From the NCBI GenBank assembly GCA_951406725.2, contig OX597826.1, positions 53,878,001 through 53,942,000 on the forward strand: a stretch of 64,000 nt of DNA, read 5' to 3'. Shown piece by piece: positions 12,650 through 25,249 of this stretch (within the stretch, counting starts at the first letter, position 1; each line of letters starts with the position of its first letter). Position numbers and translations under genes: made by a program. Origin of the DNA: Octopus vulgaris. Its lineage: Eukaryota. Below the pieces are notes generated by a model. That model saw only the letters and a program-made list of their open reading frames with translations. It did no database searches and was not told the origin of the DNA.

Positions 12650-13046
12650 AGAAGGAGGAGGAGGAGGAGGAGGAAGAAAAAGAAGGAGAAGAAGGAGAAG
12701 AAAGAAAAGGAGGAGGAGGTGGAGGAGGAGGAGGAAGAAGAAGAAGAAGAAGAAGAAGAAGAAGAAGAAGAAGAAGAAGAAGAAGAAGAAGAGAAAGAAG
12801 AAAAGGAGGAAGAAGAAAAAGAAGAAAAGGAGGAAGAAGAAGAGGAAGAAGAGGAAGAAGAAGAAGAGGAAGAAGAGGAGGAAGAAGAAGAGGAGGAAGA
12901 AGAAGAGGAGGAAGAAGAGGAGGAAGAAGAAGAGGAAGAAGAAGAAGAGGAGAAGGAGAAGAAGAAGAAGAAGAAGAAGAAGAAGAAGAAGAAGAAGAAG
13001 AAGAAAAGGAGGAGGAGGAGGAGGAGGAGGAAGAAGAAGAAGAAGA
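12650..13046. repeat. (GAA/GGA)n polypurine tract
   Basis: About 400 bp of almost pure purine triplets. Confidence 0.95.
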
Positions 13047-13819
13047 ATTATACACAGACACACAAACAGAAAGCTAGAGTGAGATGAAAAAAAATAAATA
13101 AAGGGAAGAATGTTAAAAGTTAACTAACCTAATTAAAAAGCAAGGTGTTATTGAAGGATTACGTGTGGTAATTATGAATGTGCAAATGTATGTGTTTGTT
13201 TGTATTCTTTGTATTAACTATAAATACAGAATGCGGAACTATGGACTACAAATATTAGCTCTTTAATACACACACACACACACACACAGAACCACACACA
13301 GACACAGACACTAATCCACACACACACACACTCACAGAGTTAAATTAAAAGTAAACATTGCACACCATCAATATTACCAAACTGTGTATAATCTATGGAA
13401 CAGACTTGAGTTTCCAAGAATTCTCAAGATGTACAAGAGGTTCAATATACATGTTAGATACTGTTCTGTATATTTACTTTGGTTTCATTCCATTAGTTGG
13501 CACTGATGAAGTCTGTATATTGGCAATAACAAGATATCTATATAAACTTCAAAAATATCAGCTCGTGAAATGATTACTGGCTTAAAATAGAAATAGCTGT
13601 GAAGCAGAAAACACACTACCATTTTTAGCCAGAGTTTCATGATATTTTATGCTTTCGCTTCATATGTTTACTAAAGTTATTTATTTTTACTATGGATGTA
13701 TTTCCTGAAGTATCATCACAAGTCCATCTTTGTCGCAGATACCTACATGCTATATTTTTATATGTATTTGGTGTCAGTATGTTATGTATTAATTCATACA
13801 TACACACAAACATAATATA

Positions 13820-14069
13820 TTGGGTTGGTGCATAACTATTGCGGCTTTTTTTTTTCAATAAATTTTATTCAACAAATGCAATAACAATATTTAACAAAAA
13901 CATCTTTAAATAGCGGTCTCACCATCTGCCAAGGAAATGGGAAGCAGTAATTGAAGTAGATGGTGAATATGCTCTGGAATAATCATTTAAAGATATTTTT
14001 GTTACATGTTGTTATTGCTTTTGTTGAATAAAATTTGTTAAAAAAAGGGCACAATAATTATGAACCAAC

Positions 14070-14073
<4 letters not shown>
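13820..14073 (+). mobile_element. Mariner-derived MITE with about 100-bp inverted arms
   Basis: TA|ttgggttggtgcataactattgcg ... acaataattatgaaccaacccaa|TA. The centre encodes the mariner C-terminus HLPRKWEAVIEVDGEYALE*. Confidence 0.9.
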
Positions 14074-14139
<66 letters not shown>

Positions 14140-14490
14140 AGCAAGTGTCTTCTATTACAGCCTCAGGATGACCAAAACCTTGTGAGTGGATTTGGTAGGT
14201 GGAAACTGAAAGAAGCCTGTTGTGTATATATATATATATATGTATGTATATATGCATGTATGTATGTATGTATGTATGTATATGTTTGTGTGTCTGTGTT
14301 TGTCTCCCCACCAACTGATGTTGGTGTGTTTACATCCCCGTAACTTAGCAGTTCAGCAAAAGAGACCAGCAGAGTAAGTACTAGGCTTACAAAGAATAAG
14401 TCATAGGGTCAATTCATTTGACTAAAAGCAGTGCTCTAGCATGGCCACAGTCAAATGACTGAAACAAGTAAAATAGTAAAAAAAAAAGGA
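14140..14490 (+). mobile_element. SINE family A, 5'-truncated
   Basis: Runs from gcaagtgtcttct to gactgaaacaagtaaaa. Confidence 0.85.
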
Positions 14491-16327
14491 GAGTATATGT
14501 ACACATGCAAAAAGAGAGAAAGCAAAAAGTGAAGACTTTCAAATGATGACTATTCAAGTATAAATATATAGATATTATATTAATAGACCCAACTTACACA
14601 GAGTACAAATGACAGAGAAAGTTAAAAGGAAGGAAGAAAGGTGATATAAGTGCCTCCATATCTGCTCAACTTGATCCCTCTTATAGCCATTCTTTCCTCT
14701 GTGGAACTGATCCATTTGTAAAGACATTGGAGCCTAAGTTTGAATCATTTGAGTGCTACTAAGTGTTTTCTATACTCAGAATCTATGGATCCCGTTTGTT
14801 GACTGTACATATACAGAGAAAAATACAATGGGCTTCCACACAGTTTCCATCCTCCAAATTTAGTTACAAAGTCACTGGTCAGCCCGGGGATATAGTGGAA
14901 GACACTTACCAAGGTACTGTACTGTTCAGTGGGTCTGAACTTGAAATCATGTGGTTGCAAAGCAAACTTCTTAACCACACACCAAGACAGCCATTCATAC
15001 ATTCTCTGAGATTAGCACAGATCTAGATTCTTTTTGCCACCAACCTCACTAAATTGCCCTACCCACCACCGCTGTTCTGCAACTCAAAAGCTATAAAGTA
15101 GCTACATTAAATTCAAACAATTGTCTTCCAGATAATTTCAGAAAACAACAAAATTTTATAACAACAACAAAGCAACACAAATTAATAAGACATATTTTAT
15201 ATGGTCACTTGACCTACTTATTGAAGCAGCCAAATTTTCTCCAACAGACATTTTACTGTCATTAAAGTGGAGACAACATGTTAAATTACTAAGTGTGAGA
15301 ACAACACGAAAAATAAAGATGGAATTGCCATGGTTAGAACAGTGATAAAACAATTCTTTAATTGGTTACTTTCATGATCAATTTATACAGAACTGACTGA
15401 CACTGACACAATTTCCTTAGATTAAACATGAAGTACTAAGAAGTATCTTCTTACTATTCTCAAATATAAATTGAGTTTTCTTATCAAATTAATCAAAAAA
15501 GAACAAAGAGTTGAGAACAATAGTTAAATGTGTTACAAAGAGTCAATGGCTATTTCTCTTTGTCTAGGTGAGGGCTTGTCAGCACTTGAAATCTGTTATG
15601 CATTGATATAGTTTATGTTTTAATTCATTGAAATTTAACTCTATACAATTGTGTAGCAGGAATTTCAGGTTTGACATTCTGTTGAACTCCATACCCTGCA
15701 GACACAGCAGAAAGCAGAAATGGGGAAACACCATATTAAAACTAGGTCAAGCTAAAAATAAATCAGCTACTTAGAATAAAGATTTATCATCACAGCAGTA
15801 TTAGTTTGTTAACAACTGCCTGCTTGGTGTAAGGTACTTTTGTAGAATAATTATTGTTTTTAATTTTTAAACACGAAGTGAAGAAAGGCAAAAGTGTAGG
15901 ACATTCACAACTGCAGAAGTACTGCAGGAATTAGAACAAGGGTATTCTGGTATTCTGATGAAGATTAAAGGGAATTTGATCAAATGTGTCCTGAAGATGA
16001 CTTAAAACAGTGTTTCTCAACCACTTTTTATTACTATTTTAAACCTTGATTCCTATCTTATTCTATTGGTCACTCATATTCAAAGTTTAAAAATTTGTAT
16101 TACACTTTTATAATGAAACATCAGTAGGAATTATATTAAAAGAAATTGCTGAAATATTTTTTGTATTGTAGAAGAACAAGAAATTTCTTGTACATAAGTT
16201 TTTAAAAAAATCTCATGTTTAGTCTTCTAACCTCTTCTAACAATGCGACGAACACATGCTACACACATTACTTCCAAGCACTGCTGCAAACAGAGGAAGT
16301 GAGCTAGAACGTTAAAACTTAGTGCAC

Positions 16328-16722
16328 AGGCATAGGAGTGGCTGTGTGGTAAGTAGCTTGCTTACAAACTGCACGTTTCCGGGTTCAGTCCCACTGGATG
16401 GCACCTTGGGCAAGTGTCTTCTACTATAACATCGGGCTAACCAAAGCCTTGTGAGTGGATTTGGTAGACGGAAACTGAAAGAAGCCTGTCGTATATATGT
16501 GTATGTTTATGTATATGTTTGTCCCTCCAACATCACTTGACAGCCGATGCTGGTGTGCTTACGTCCCCGTAACTTAGCAGTTCGGCAAAAGATACCGATA
16601 GAATAAGTACTAGGCTTACAAAGAATAAGTCTTGGGGTTGATTTGCTTGACTAAAGGTGGTGCTCCAGCATGGTGACAGTCGAATGACTGAAACACGTAA
16701 AAGAGTAAAGAGAGTAAAGAGT
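16328..16722 (+). mobile_element. SINE family A, full length
   Basis: Complete head, core and tail; flanked by (g)tgcaca direct repeats. Confidence 0.9.
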
Positions 16723-16920
16723 ATGCACAACAAAGTTCAAGGTCAATTTGTGCCAAGCGGCTTCACACTGCATGCTTTAGCTTCTTTACTATGGCAACAG
16801 TCCGCATACTTGTTGATCAGACCACATTAATACAAACATACATAAAAGCTGTGCCATTGATTGGGTCAACAGATCACTCGTCATCATAACTAATGGCATG
16901 CCAGTGTATATCATATATGT

Positions 16921-16952
<32 letters not shown>

Positions 16953-16955
<3 letters not shown>

Positions 16956-17160
16956 CGGGAAGGTTTACGAAAATAATCAAAAGACGAAGGCAGGTGGAGT
17001 ACAAACAAACAAATGTATTAGTATGGCGCTCAGGAATAGAAATAAAACAAGTCTTTTACGTTTCGAGCCTACGCTCTTTGACAGAAAGATACACAGAAAA
17101 GAAACAAGGAGAGAAAAAAATGCGTGTAGGAGCTAACGGTCTATCATGGCGTTCTGACTT
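16953..17160 (-). mobile_element. Penelope-like terminal-repeat remnant with hammerhead-like motif
   Basis: Adjoins (TA)n. Minus strand 17051-17090 reads tcttt-ctgtcaaa-gagc-gtag-gctc-gaaa-cgta-aaaga. Confidence 0.6.
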
Positions 17161-17548
17161 CATACACATACATATATAATACATGATGATGATGATGATG
17201 ATGATGGCTATCTACTTGCTAGCAAGCCAAACATGACTATCACTCACAAGCTGACTTATAACTGATTATTCTCATGAATGTGAGATAGACAGTGACTCAT
17301 GGGGGCTGGCAAGAGACTTACAGAGTTTGCCGCAAAAATCTGTGCTTTTGTCCTCATAGTTAGGCCTCACAGATGGAGTATCACTATGGGTTTTCAAATG
17401 CCTTGTGAGCCCAAAACCCTATAGTTAACAAGTAAAATTCTTAACATCACATAGTAATGCGTTTATGGCATTGTCCCAGTATGGCTACAATTTGTAAACC
17501 TTTACAATACTGCAATATACGTAGGTATGTATGTATACATATACATCC

Positions 17549-17830
<282 letters not shown>

Positions 17831-18029
17831 ATATGTGAATATATGGATATTTTGTTTACAACCTTAGCTGGCCAGGACACTTTGCTATCTCCAGTTGTAG
17901 AGAGGTCATGTGCCTCTGCCCATCGGGTGTGATGATGTCACCTATATCACTAAAAATCTTATAGATGTGAAACCAATGGTGACTCTCTGACCAGCCAAAA
18001 CCAACACACACACACACAATAATGAAAAG

Positions 18030-18298
18030 CAAAAGACAAAGAAAATTCTTTAATACATCTTTAATTATAAGCTACAAATGTTTGTGTCCCATCTCCATTT
18101 GCAACACCAGTTTATCCGAAAATTCTAAATGAAAAATTATAGAAGTGCCTGTGTGGTAAGTAGCTTGCTTACCAACAACGTGGTTCCGAGTTCAGTCCCA
18201 CTGCATGGCACCTTGGGCAAGTGTCTTCTGCTATAGTCTTGGGCCGACCAAAGCCTTGTAAGTGGATTTGGTACAAAGAAGCTGAAAAAAGCTGTCAT

Positions 18299-18340
<42 letters not shown>

Positions 18341-18497
18341 ATATATGTTTGTGTGTCTGTGTTTGCCCCCCCCCCCGCATGGTTCTGGGTTCAGTCCCAC
18401 TGCGTGGCACCTTAGGCAAGTGTCTTCTACTATAGCCTCGCCGACCAAAGCCTTGTGAGTGGATTCGGTAAACAGAAACTGAAAGAAGCCCGTCATA

Positions 18498-18570
<73 letters not shown>

Positions 18571-18932
18571 GTATGTATGTGTGTGTATATGTTTGTGTGT
18601 CTGTGTTTGTGCCCCCAACATTGTTTGACAACCGATGCTGGTGTGTTTACGTTCGTAACTTAGTGGTTCTGCAAAAGAGACCGATAGAATAAGTACTAGG
18701 CTTACAAAGAATAAGTCCTGGGGTCGATTTGCTCGACTAAAGGCAGTGCTCCAGCATGGCCACAGTCACATGACTGAAACAAGTAAAAGAGTAACATTTG
18801 CAGTTTTAGACAAATATTACCTGATTTCTCATTTAGAATTTTCATGTAAACTGGTGCTGCAAATGGAAATGGGACAAAAACACTTGTAACTTATAATTAA
18901 AGATGTGTTAAAGAATTTTCTTTGTTTTCTTC
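18030..18932. repeat. About 110-bp inverted repeat (18030-18140 / 18821-18932) enclosing two SINE-A copies
   Basis: caaagaaaattctttaatacatctttaattataag...gcaacaccagttt...aaattctaaatga and its reverse complement at the other end. Confidence 0.9.
18140..18793 (+). mobile_element. Two tandem SINE family A copies
   Basis: First copy 18140-18377 is 3'-truncated; second copy 18378-18793 is 5'-truncated. Confidence 0.85.
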
Positions 18933-19153
18933 TTTTTGTTGGATTATTTACTCTTTGCCAAACCCATATGATGGTATAATCGCTGTGAAACTTGGATCTT
19001 CTACACCTGAAGTATTCCGACTTTGGCTTGGATCCCAACTGTGTTGATAGCCCAATATTTGGGTCGATTGCTTCTCTGGAAATACCTCAATTTCACACCG
19101 TTCCTAACCTTTGCCATTTGTTCTCTCTCTTGTTCTCTCTCTCTCTCTCTCTC

Positions 19154-19194
<41 letters not shown>

Positions 19195-19411
19195 ATGCAC
19201 ATGTGTGTGTGTGTATATATACATACAAAGTGCCCAAAGCTTGTGATTGCTTGGAGACACAAGACACATTATAAAACCCTGCCTAACCACATGTCTCAAT
19301 GATAAGACACTATTAGTAGCTCATATTTTAATGCACTATACATTGAAACATATTTATTTCTCACTGGACAGAGCAATTTTGTGGGGTTGATTCTACCCCA
19401 ACGGAACTTCA

Positions 19412-20050
19412 CCATCATCATTTAAAGTTCGTTTTTCATGCTGGCATGGGTTGGACGGTTTGACTGGGGTCTAGGAAGCCAGAAAGCTGCACCAGGCTCC
19501 AGTCTGATCTGGCAGTGTTTCTACAGCTAGATGCCCTTCCTAACACTAATCACTCCGAGAGTATAGTGGGTGCTTTTTATGTGCCACTGGCATGGAAGCC
19601 AGTCAAGGCAGCGCTGGCATCGACCATGTTCGAATGGTACTTTTTACGTGCCACTGGCACAGGGGTCACAATTACAGTTTCCATTTGATTTTGGTTTTGA
19701 TGTACTTGACTCAATAGGTCTCCTCAAGCACAGCATGTCACCCTACAATCCAGGGTACTTTTGAGTGGGCTGGTTATGTGACACTGGTGTAGGTTACAGC
19801 TGTGAACTCACTTTATTTGCCGGGTCTTCTCAGTCACAGCATATCTCCAGAGGTCTCGGTCTTTTGTCATTGCATCTGTGAGGCCCAATGTTCAAAGGTC
19901 ATGCTTTACCACCTCACCCCATGTCTTCCTGGGTCTCCCTCTACCCCGGATTCCTTCCACTGTTTGAGAGTGACACTTCTTCACACAGATATCCTCATCC
20001 ATCTGTAGTACATGACCATACCAATGCAAACATCTCTCTTGCATGCCACT
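19412..20050 (-). pseudogene. RTE-clade LINE 3' end (ORF C-terminus, 3'UTR, (GAT)n tail)
   Basis: ERCLHWYGHVLQMDEDICVKKCHSQTVEGIRGRGRPRKTWGEVVKHDL*TLGLT...DRDLWRYAVTEKTRQIK* matches the RTE pattern LRWFGHV.R...G.RGRGRPRKTW...DR..WR. Confidence 0.9.
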
Positions 20051-20232
20051 GTTGTTTAATTTCATATTCATCATTTTGTCCTTTCTTTTATTATTAAAAA
20101 CTGGTCTACTATTGAAACATAATTGGATCCTTTATACATATACTTGAAGCTATATTTTAAGCTTTTAATTGAAGACCATACTTCTAGGTTTAGTTAAACC
20201 CCATGTTCCATGAAGAGCTGCTTATACATATA

Positions 20233-20286
<54 letters not shown>

Positions 20287-20289
<3 letters not shown>

Positions 20290-20515
20290 AAGAAGTTTGA
20301 AAATGCCACTATATAAGATAAATTTTAATTTTCTTAGAAATTTTACATGTTTCGGTTCTTCTTGAAAAAACGATCCTTATCAAAAATATTTTAAAAAGTT
20401 AAGTGCAATAAAAAAGTTCATAATTGTTTCTTACTGGTCTCAACAGAATCCATGTGGAGGTTTTTTGGGGGAGTAAGCATAATAGCTGTCTTATGTGTTC
20501 AAATAAAACTAAGGT
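20287..20515 (-). mobile_element. Penelope-like remnant between (TA)n tracts with degenerate hammerhead
   Basis: Minus strand reads ttgataa-ggatc...gaacc-gaaa-catgta. Confidence 0.45.
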
Positions 20516-20570
20516 ATATATATATATATATATGTGTGTATGCATGTGTATATGTGTGTGTCTATATTAT

Positions 20571-20887
20571 GGTGAAGGCATATGGCTTAATTGTTAGGAT
20601 ACTTAGCCCATGATAATAAGGTCGTGAATTTGATTCCCAGCAGTATGTTGTGTCCTTGAGCAAGACGCTATTTCACATTGCCTCAGTCCACTCAGCTGGC
20701 AAAAATGAGTTGTACCTGTAATTCAATGGTCTAGCCTTGACACATTCTCTGTGTCTCCCTGAAAACTACATTAAGAGTACACATGTCTGTGAAACGCTCA
20801 GTGACTTACATGTTAATTTCATGAGCAAGCTGTTCCATTGATCGGATCAGCTGGATCACTCGTCATCATAACTGATGGCATGCCAGT
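20571..20887 (+). mobile_element. SINE family C (alternative tail)
   Basis: ggtgaaggcatatggctt head, ttgtgtccttgagcaagac core, tail cactcgtcatcataactgatggcatgccag (tail-only copy at 16825-16905). Confidence 0.75.
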
Positions 20888-20888
20888 G

Positions 20889-20919
<31 letters not shown>

Positions 20920-22539
20920 CATACATATACATATTCTATACAGAGAGAAGGAGAGAAGGAGGGAGAGAGAGAAAGAAATAGATGGGGTGGGGTGATTGCC
21001 ACAGAAGATGTTAATAATATGACTATTTTAGTCATTCTGGTTGGTAATTAGTTTAATAATAAACTGAGTTAAAACAAGATTAAAAGCTAAATGTTATTAG
21101 AAAGTCCACATGCTAACGAGGATTTCTGATTAACAATTAACCTTATTAGTTTCAGTAAGCTCTCTATAATTGGGACATAGTGAGGGGGTGTGTAGGGAGA
21201 GTTAACAATCAACAATAAATGTTGGATAATAAACTCCCCACCCCGACACCTTAGAACTTATGAGAAGGTCATTTCCTGTTAGTTTTGAATAACATCTTGA
21301 TAAAGTGCACAATGACAAAGAAGACGAAAGGAGAGAAAACATGAGGCCAATTATGAACAATTAATGGTTTAAATAACACCAAAGAAATAGAGAGAGAAAG
21401 AAGAAAAGAAAAGAAAAGAAAAAAAGTCTTGGAGAAAAGAATGGAGAATGATTTGTAGACACATATGTAATCATATATAATTAATACAGAAGTGTTCTTC
21501 AGTGCATTGGTGAGACTGACAGACAGAAAAATCTTCATCACTAAGTAGTAGATTTCATGTTCAAATCCTACCAAGGTGGAACTAATACATAAAGTAGTAA
21601 GATTGGAGGAAATGTTAGAGCTTTGAAGGTGATACCTTGCGGTAATTGATCAGGCTCTTTGTGTTCTGGGTTTGAAAATTCTGTTGCGGCTAACATGGAA
21701 ACAGACTTAATCCTAATCCATCATCCAATTTAACACCACCATCTGATCGCTGGGAGCATTTAATAGTGTCCATTTAGTCGCAAGCATTTGAATCAGATTT
21801 CAGTATGTCATCCTTTCTCCCTCTGTGTTGAACCGCTGAAAAGGGTCATAGGCACTACTGTCCCTTTTATGCTGACTAAAGGTTAACAAATATTTTTTTT
21901 TTGTAAATGAAAACGAAAACTATATACTGAACACCAATTATTGAAATGGAAATTGATATTTCAGATTATGACTACTTCACCACCACCAGAGGTGAAGTCA
22001 TCAAATAAATCGTAAGTCAAACAACAGACCCTTGACTGAGTAGGGTTGTAAAAAGAAGGTGGTGGAACTATGCCAAGTGTTCAGAGGTTAATAAAAAGGA
22101 ATAAATTTAAAAGTAAAAGATGGAGTAGAGAGGGAAGTGAAAAAAAATAGTAGAAAGATTCACTTTGCTGGACAAAAAAGTACTTTCTAATGATCAGGTA
22201 TGCAGAACTTTTTTTATTTTATTGCTAATATATTATAATCTTGCATACTTGCTTTAGCTTTATAAGCAGCCTAATAGAGTAATTATCACTGCAATTAAAA
22301 GCGGCTCTTTGAAGTTTATTTATCTTTAACCTTTAAACCAACCAACATCAAATTATAAAGTACACAGGAGTCTGTTGTGTCAGCAATTACAAATAATCCG
22401 GAGAACAACTGTTTTGAAGGGTAGCACAGGAAGATGGTTGTGTGGTTCACAAGTGTGAAGGTTTAGATTTGGTGTCCACTATCTTGTACCATGGGCAAGT
22501 GTTTCTTCCCAAAGCTTTTTGTTGACCAATATGTTGTAA

Positions 22540-22762
22540 GTGGCAGAAATGTTAGCACGCTGGTCGAAATGCTTAGTGGTATTTCGTCTGTCTTTGTGTT
22601 CTGAGTTCAAATTCTGCCAAGGTCGACTTTGCCTTTCATCCTTTCAGGGTCGATTAAATAATTACCAGTTACATACTGGGGTTGATGTAATCGACTTAAT
22701 CCTTTTGTCTGTCCTTGTTTGTCCCCTCTATGTTTAGCCCCTTGTGGACAATAAAGAAATAA
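22540..22762 (+). mobile_element. SINE family B
   Basis: Full core plus tail tttagccccttgtggacaataaagaaataa; target-site duplication aatatgttgtaa. Confidence 0.9.
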
Positions 22763-22883
22763 ATATGTTGTAACTGGAATTTGGTAAACAGAAATTGCAC
22801 GGAAGCTAATAGTTAATTTATATATATACTATATTCACACATTTCAGTAATATATGTGTGTATATATGTGTGTGTGAGTGTGT

Positions 22884-22947
<64 letters not shown>

Positions 22948-23544
22948 GTGCATGTGTGTGTGTGTGTGTATATGTATAATTTTATTTTGGAACTGAATAT
23001 TCTTTCCTACACTTGTCACAAGGCCCGAAATTTTGGGTGAGGGTCCAGTCAAGTAGATCATCTCCAGTACGAAACTGGTGGTTAATTTATCAATCCTGAA
23101 AGGATGAATGGCAAAGTCAACCATGGCAGAAATTTTGGAACTGAATATCGAAGCACATATCGAAGCACGCTATCAATACTGTGTTTCGTATATGAGATGT
23201 CAGATGTAAACAAACAAGTAACTAACAAATAATGTAAAAACACACTGCTAACACAGTAGAACATGGTATAGACTTATAAAAACATTTAATATACTTTATA
23301 GTATATTATGGTTGCATAACGAAATACCACATATGTACAAATCATGAATATTTAAGTACCAGCTTCCAGGAATGTATTTAATATGCAAATTGGTATACCT
23401 AATAGCTTTATACTTCTACATGTGGTGGCTATTTAAGCAATGTGTTCGAAGGTGATTAATGGGTGAGATGAGTGCTGATGAAGGAGCAAAAACCTCCGAA
23501 ATATGACATATATGCCCATTGCCCATTTTCAGACCACTTATGCG

Positions 23545-24070
23545 TACCTTTCCTTCATTGGACACAAAACTCTGCTTGCAAAGACCTGCTGAGGCAAGTG
23601 AAATTGAAATCGAAATAAAATTCGATAACTTGCATCCATGCTAGTGGAGCGCTAAGAGCACCATCCAAGTGTGATCATTGCCAGAGTAGCAAACTGGCTT
23701 CCGTGCTGGTGGCACATAAAAAGCACCATTTGAGCATGATCGTTACCAGCGTCGCCTTACTGGCATGTGTAAAAAAACATAGGAGCGAGGTCATTGCCAG
23801 AGCTGCTGGACTGGCTCCTGTACAGGTGGCACGTAAAAAACACCATTTGAGCATGGGCGTTGCCAGTACCGCCTGACTGGCCCTCGTGCTGGTGGCATGT
23901 AAAAGCACCCACTACACTCTCAGAGTGGTTACTGTTAGGAAGGGCATCCAGCTGTAGAAACTCTGCCAGATCAGGCTGGAGCCTGGTGCAACCATCTGGT
24001 TCGCCAGTCCTCAGTCAAATCATCCAGCCCATGCTAGCATGGAAAGCGGACGTTAAACGATGATGATGAT
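23545..24070 (+). mobile_element. RTE LINE 3'UTR copy with internal ~60-bp tandem units
   Basis: Repeated ggtggcac(g/a)taaaaagcacc units; tail aacgatgatgatgat. Confidence 0.8.
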
Positions 24071-24319
24071 CTCATCGTTTGTATATGAAACGTAGCAACA
24101 AAAATAAGTGCTAGCTATAATTTCTATAGAATATCTGTAGAAATAACCTTAACAAATAATGTAAAAGTGCATTGCTAACACAGTAGAACATGGTATTGAA
24201 TTATGAAAACGTTTAATATACTTTATAGTATATATACTAATGATTTGTACCAACAAATTATTAGTGTATATATCATTTAAATTCTTTCAAGTGTTTCAGC
24301 TTTAAAGCTGTGATCATGT

Positions 24320-24354
<35 letters not shown>

Positions 24355-24901
24355 CACACACACACACACACACAAAAAGTTTGAGTGAGATATTGGTTCT
24401 CTAACTAGTCTAAGGTGATAGTAACACTGAATAAAAACTGGCTATGACAAACCACATCAGCATAGAAAATGGACATAAAGAGATGATGATAATGATGATG
24501 ATGATGACAATGATGCTGAGGATGATGATGATGATGATGATTATATATGTATACACACACACACATATACATAAGCTCATATGTGTATATTTTTTTTGCG
24601 GATATAATATACAATTAGAAACAGCTCTTTGAAGTTTATTTTATTCTTAACCTTTAGCCTAACTAGCATCAAGTCACAGAGTACACAGAGGAGTTTGTGG
24701 TCTCAGCAACTACAAATAATCAATAGATATGAAAAGATGTAAACACTGGCAAGAGAAAAACATTCCAAAAGACTAGTGCTCTTTGAATGAAGTCTCTGGT
24801 GATATTTGTTCTGCATTGTATTAGATGCTTCCTAACTTTCTTTGTAGCTTTGTTTCTATTGTAAATGCAGAAACCAATGATGCTCTTATTAATAAATTGT
24901 G

Positions 24902-25114
<213 letters not shown>

Positions 25115-25249
25115 TAAGCAAATGAATATATAAAATAAATAAGAAGAATTCTCTCGTCTTGAAATAAGTGTTAGCTATTGTGAAAGCTATCTGGCTCTAA
25201 AACAACTGCTCAGAAGAACAGCGCTTTCAGTGCTATCCAACTTTTTTCA

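Noticed and set aside
12537-13087. Long poly-E/K/R/L/F ORFs
   Set aside because: These are translations of the (GAA/GGA)n tract. The same applies to 26459-27434, 33732-34243 and 41046-41355.
18821-18856. Minus-strand micro-exon (ttgcAG...cag|GTaata)
   Set aside because: It lies within an arm of the inverted repeat and has no independent support.
21965-22011. Plus-strand micro-exon (ttcAG...GTAAGT)
   Set aside because: Isolated; such motif pairs are expected by chance in 64 kb of AT-rich DNA.
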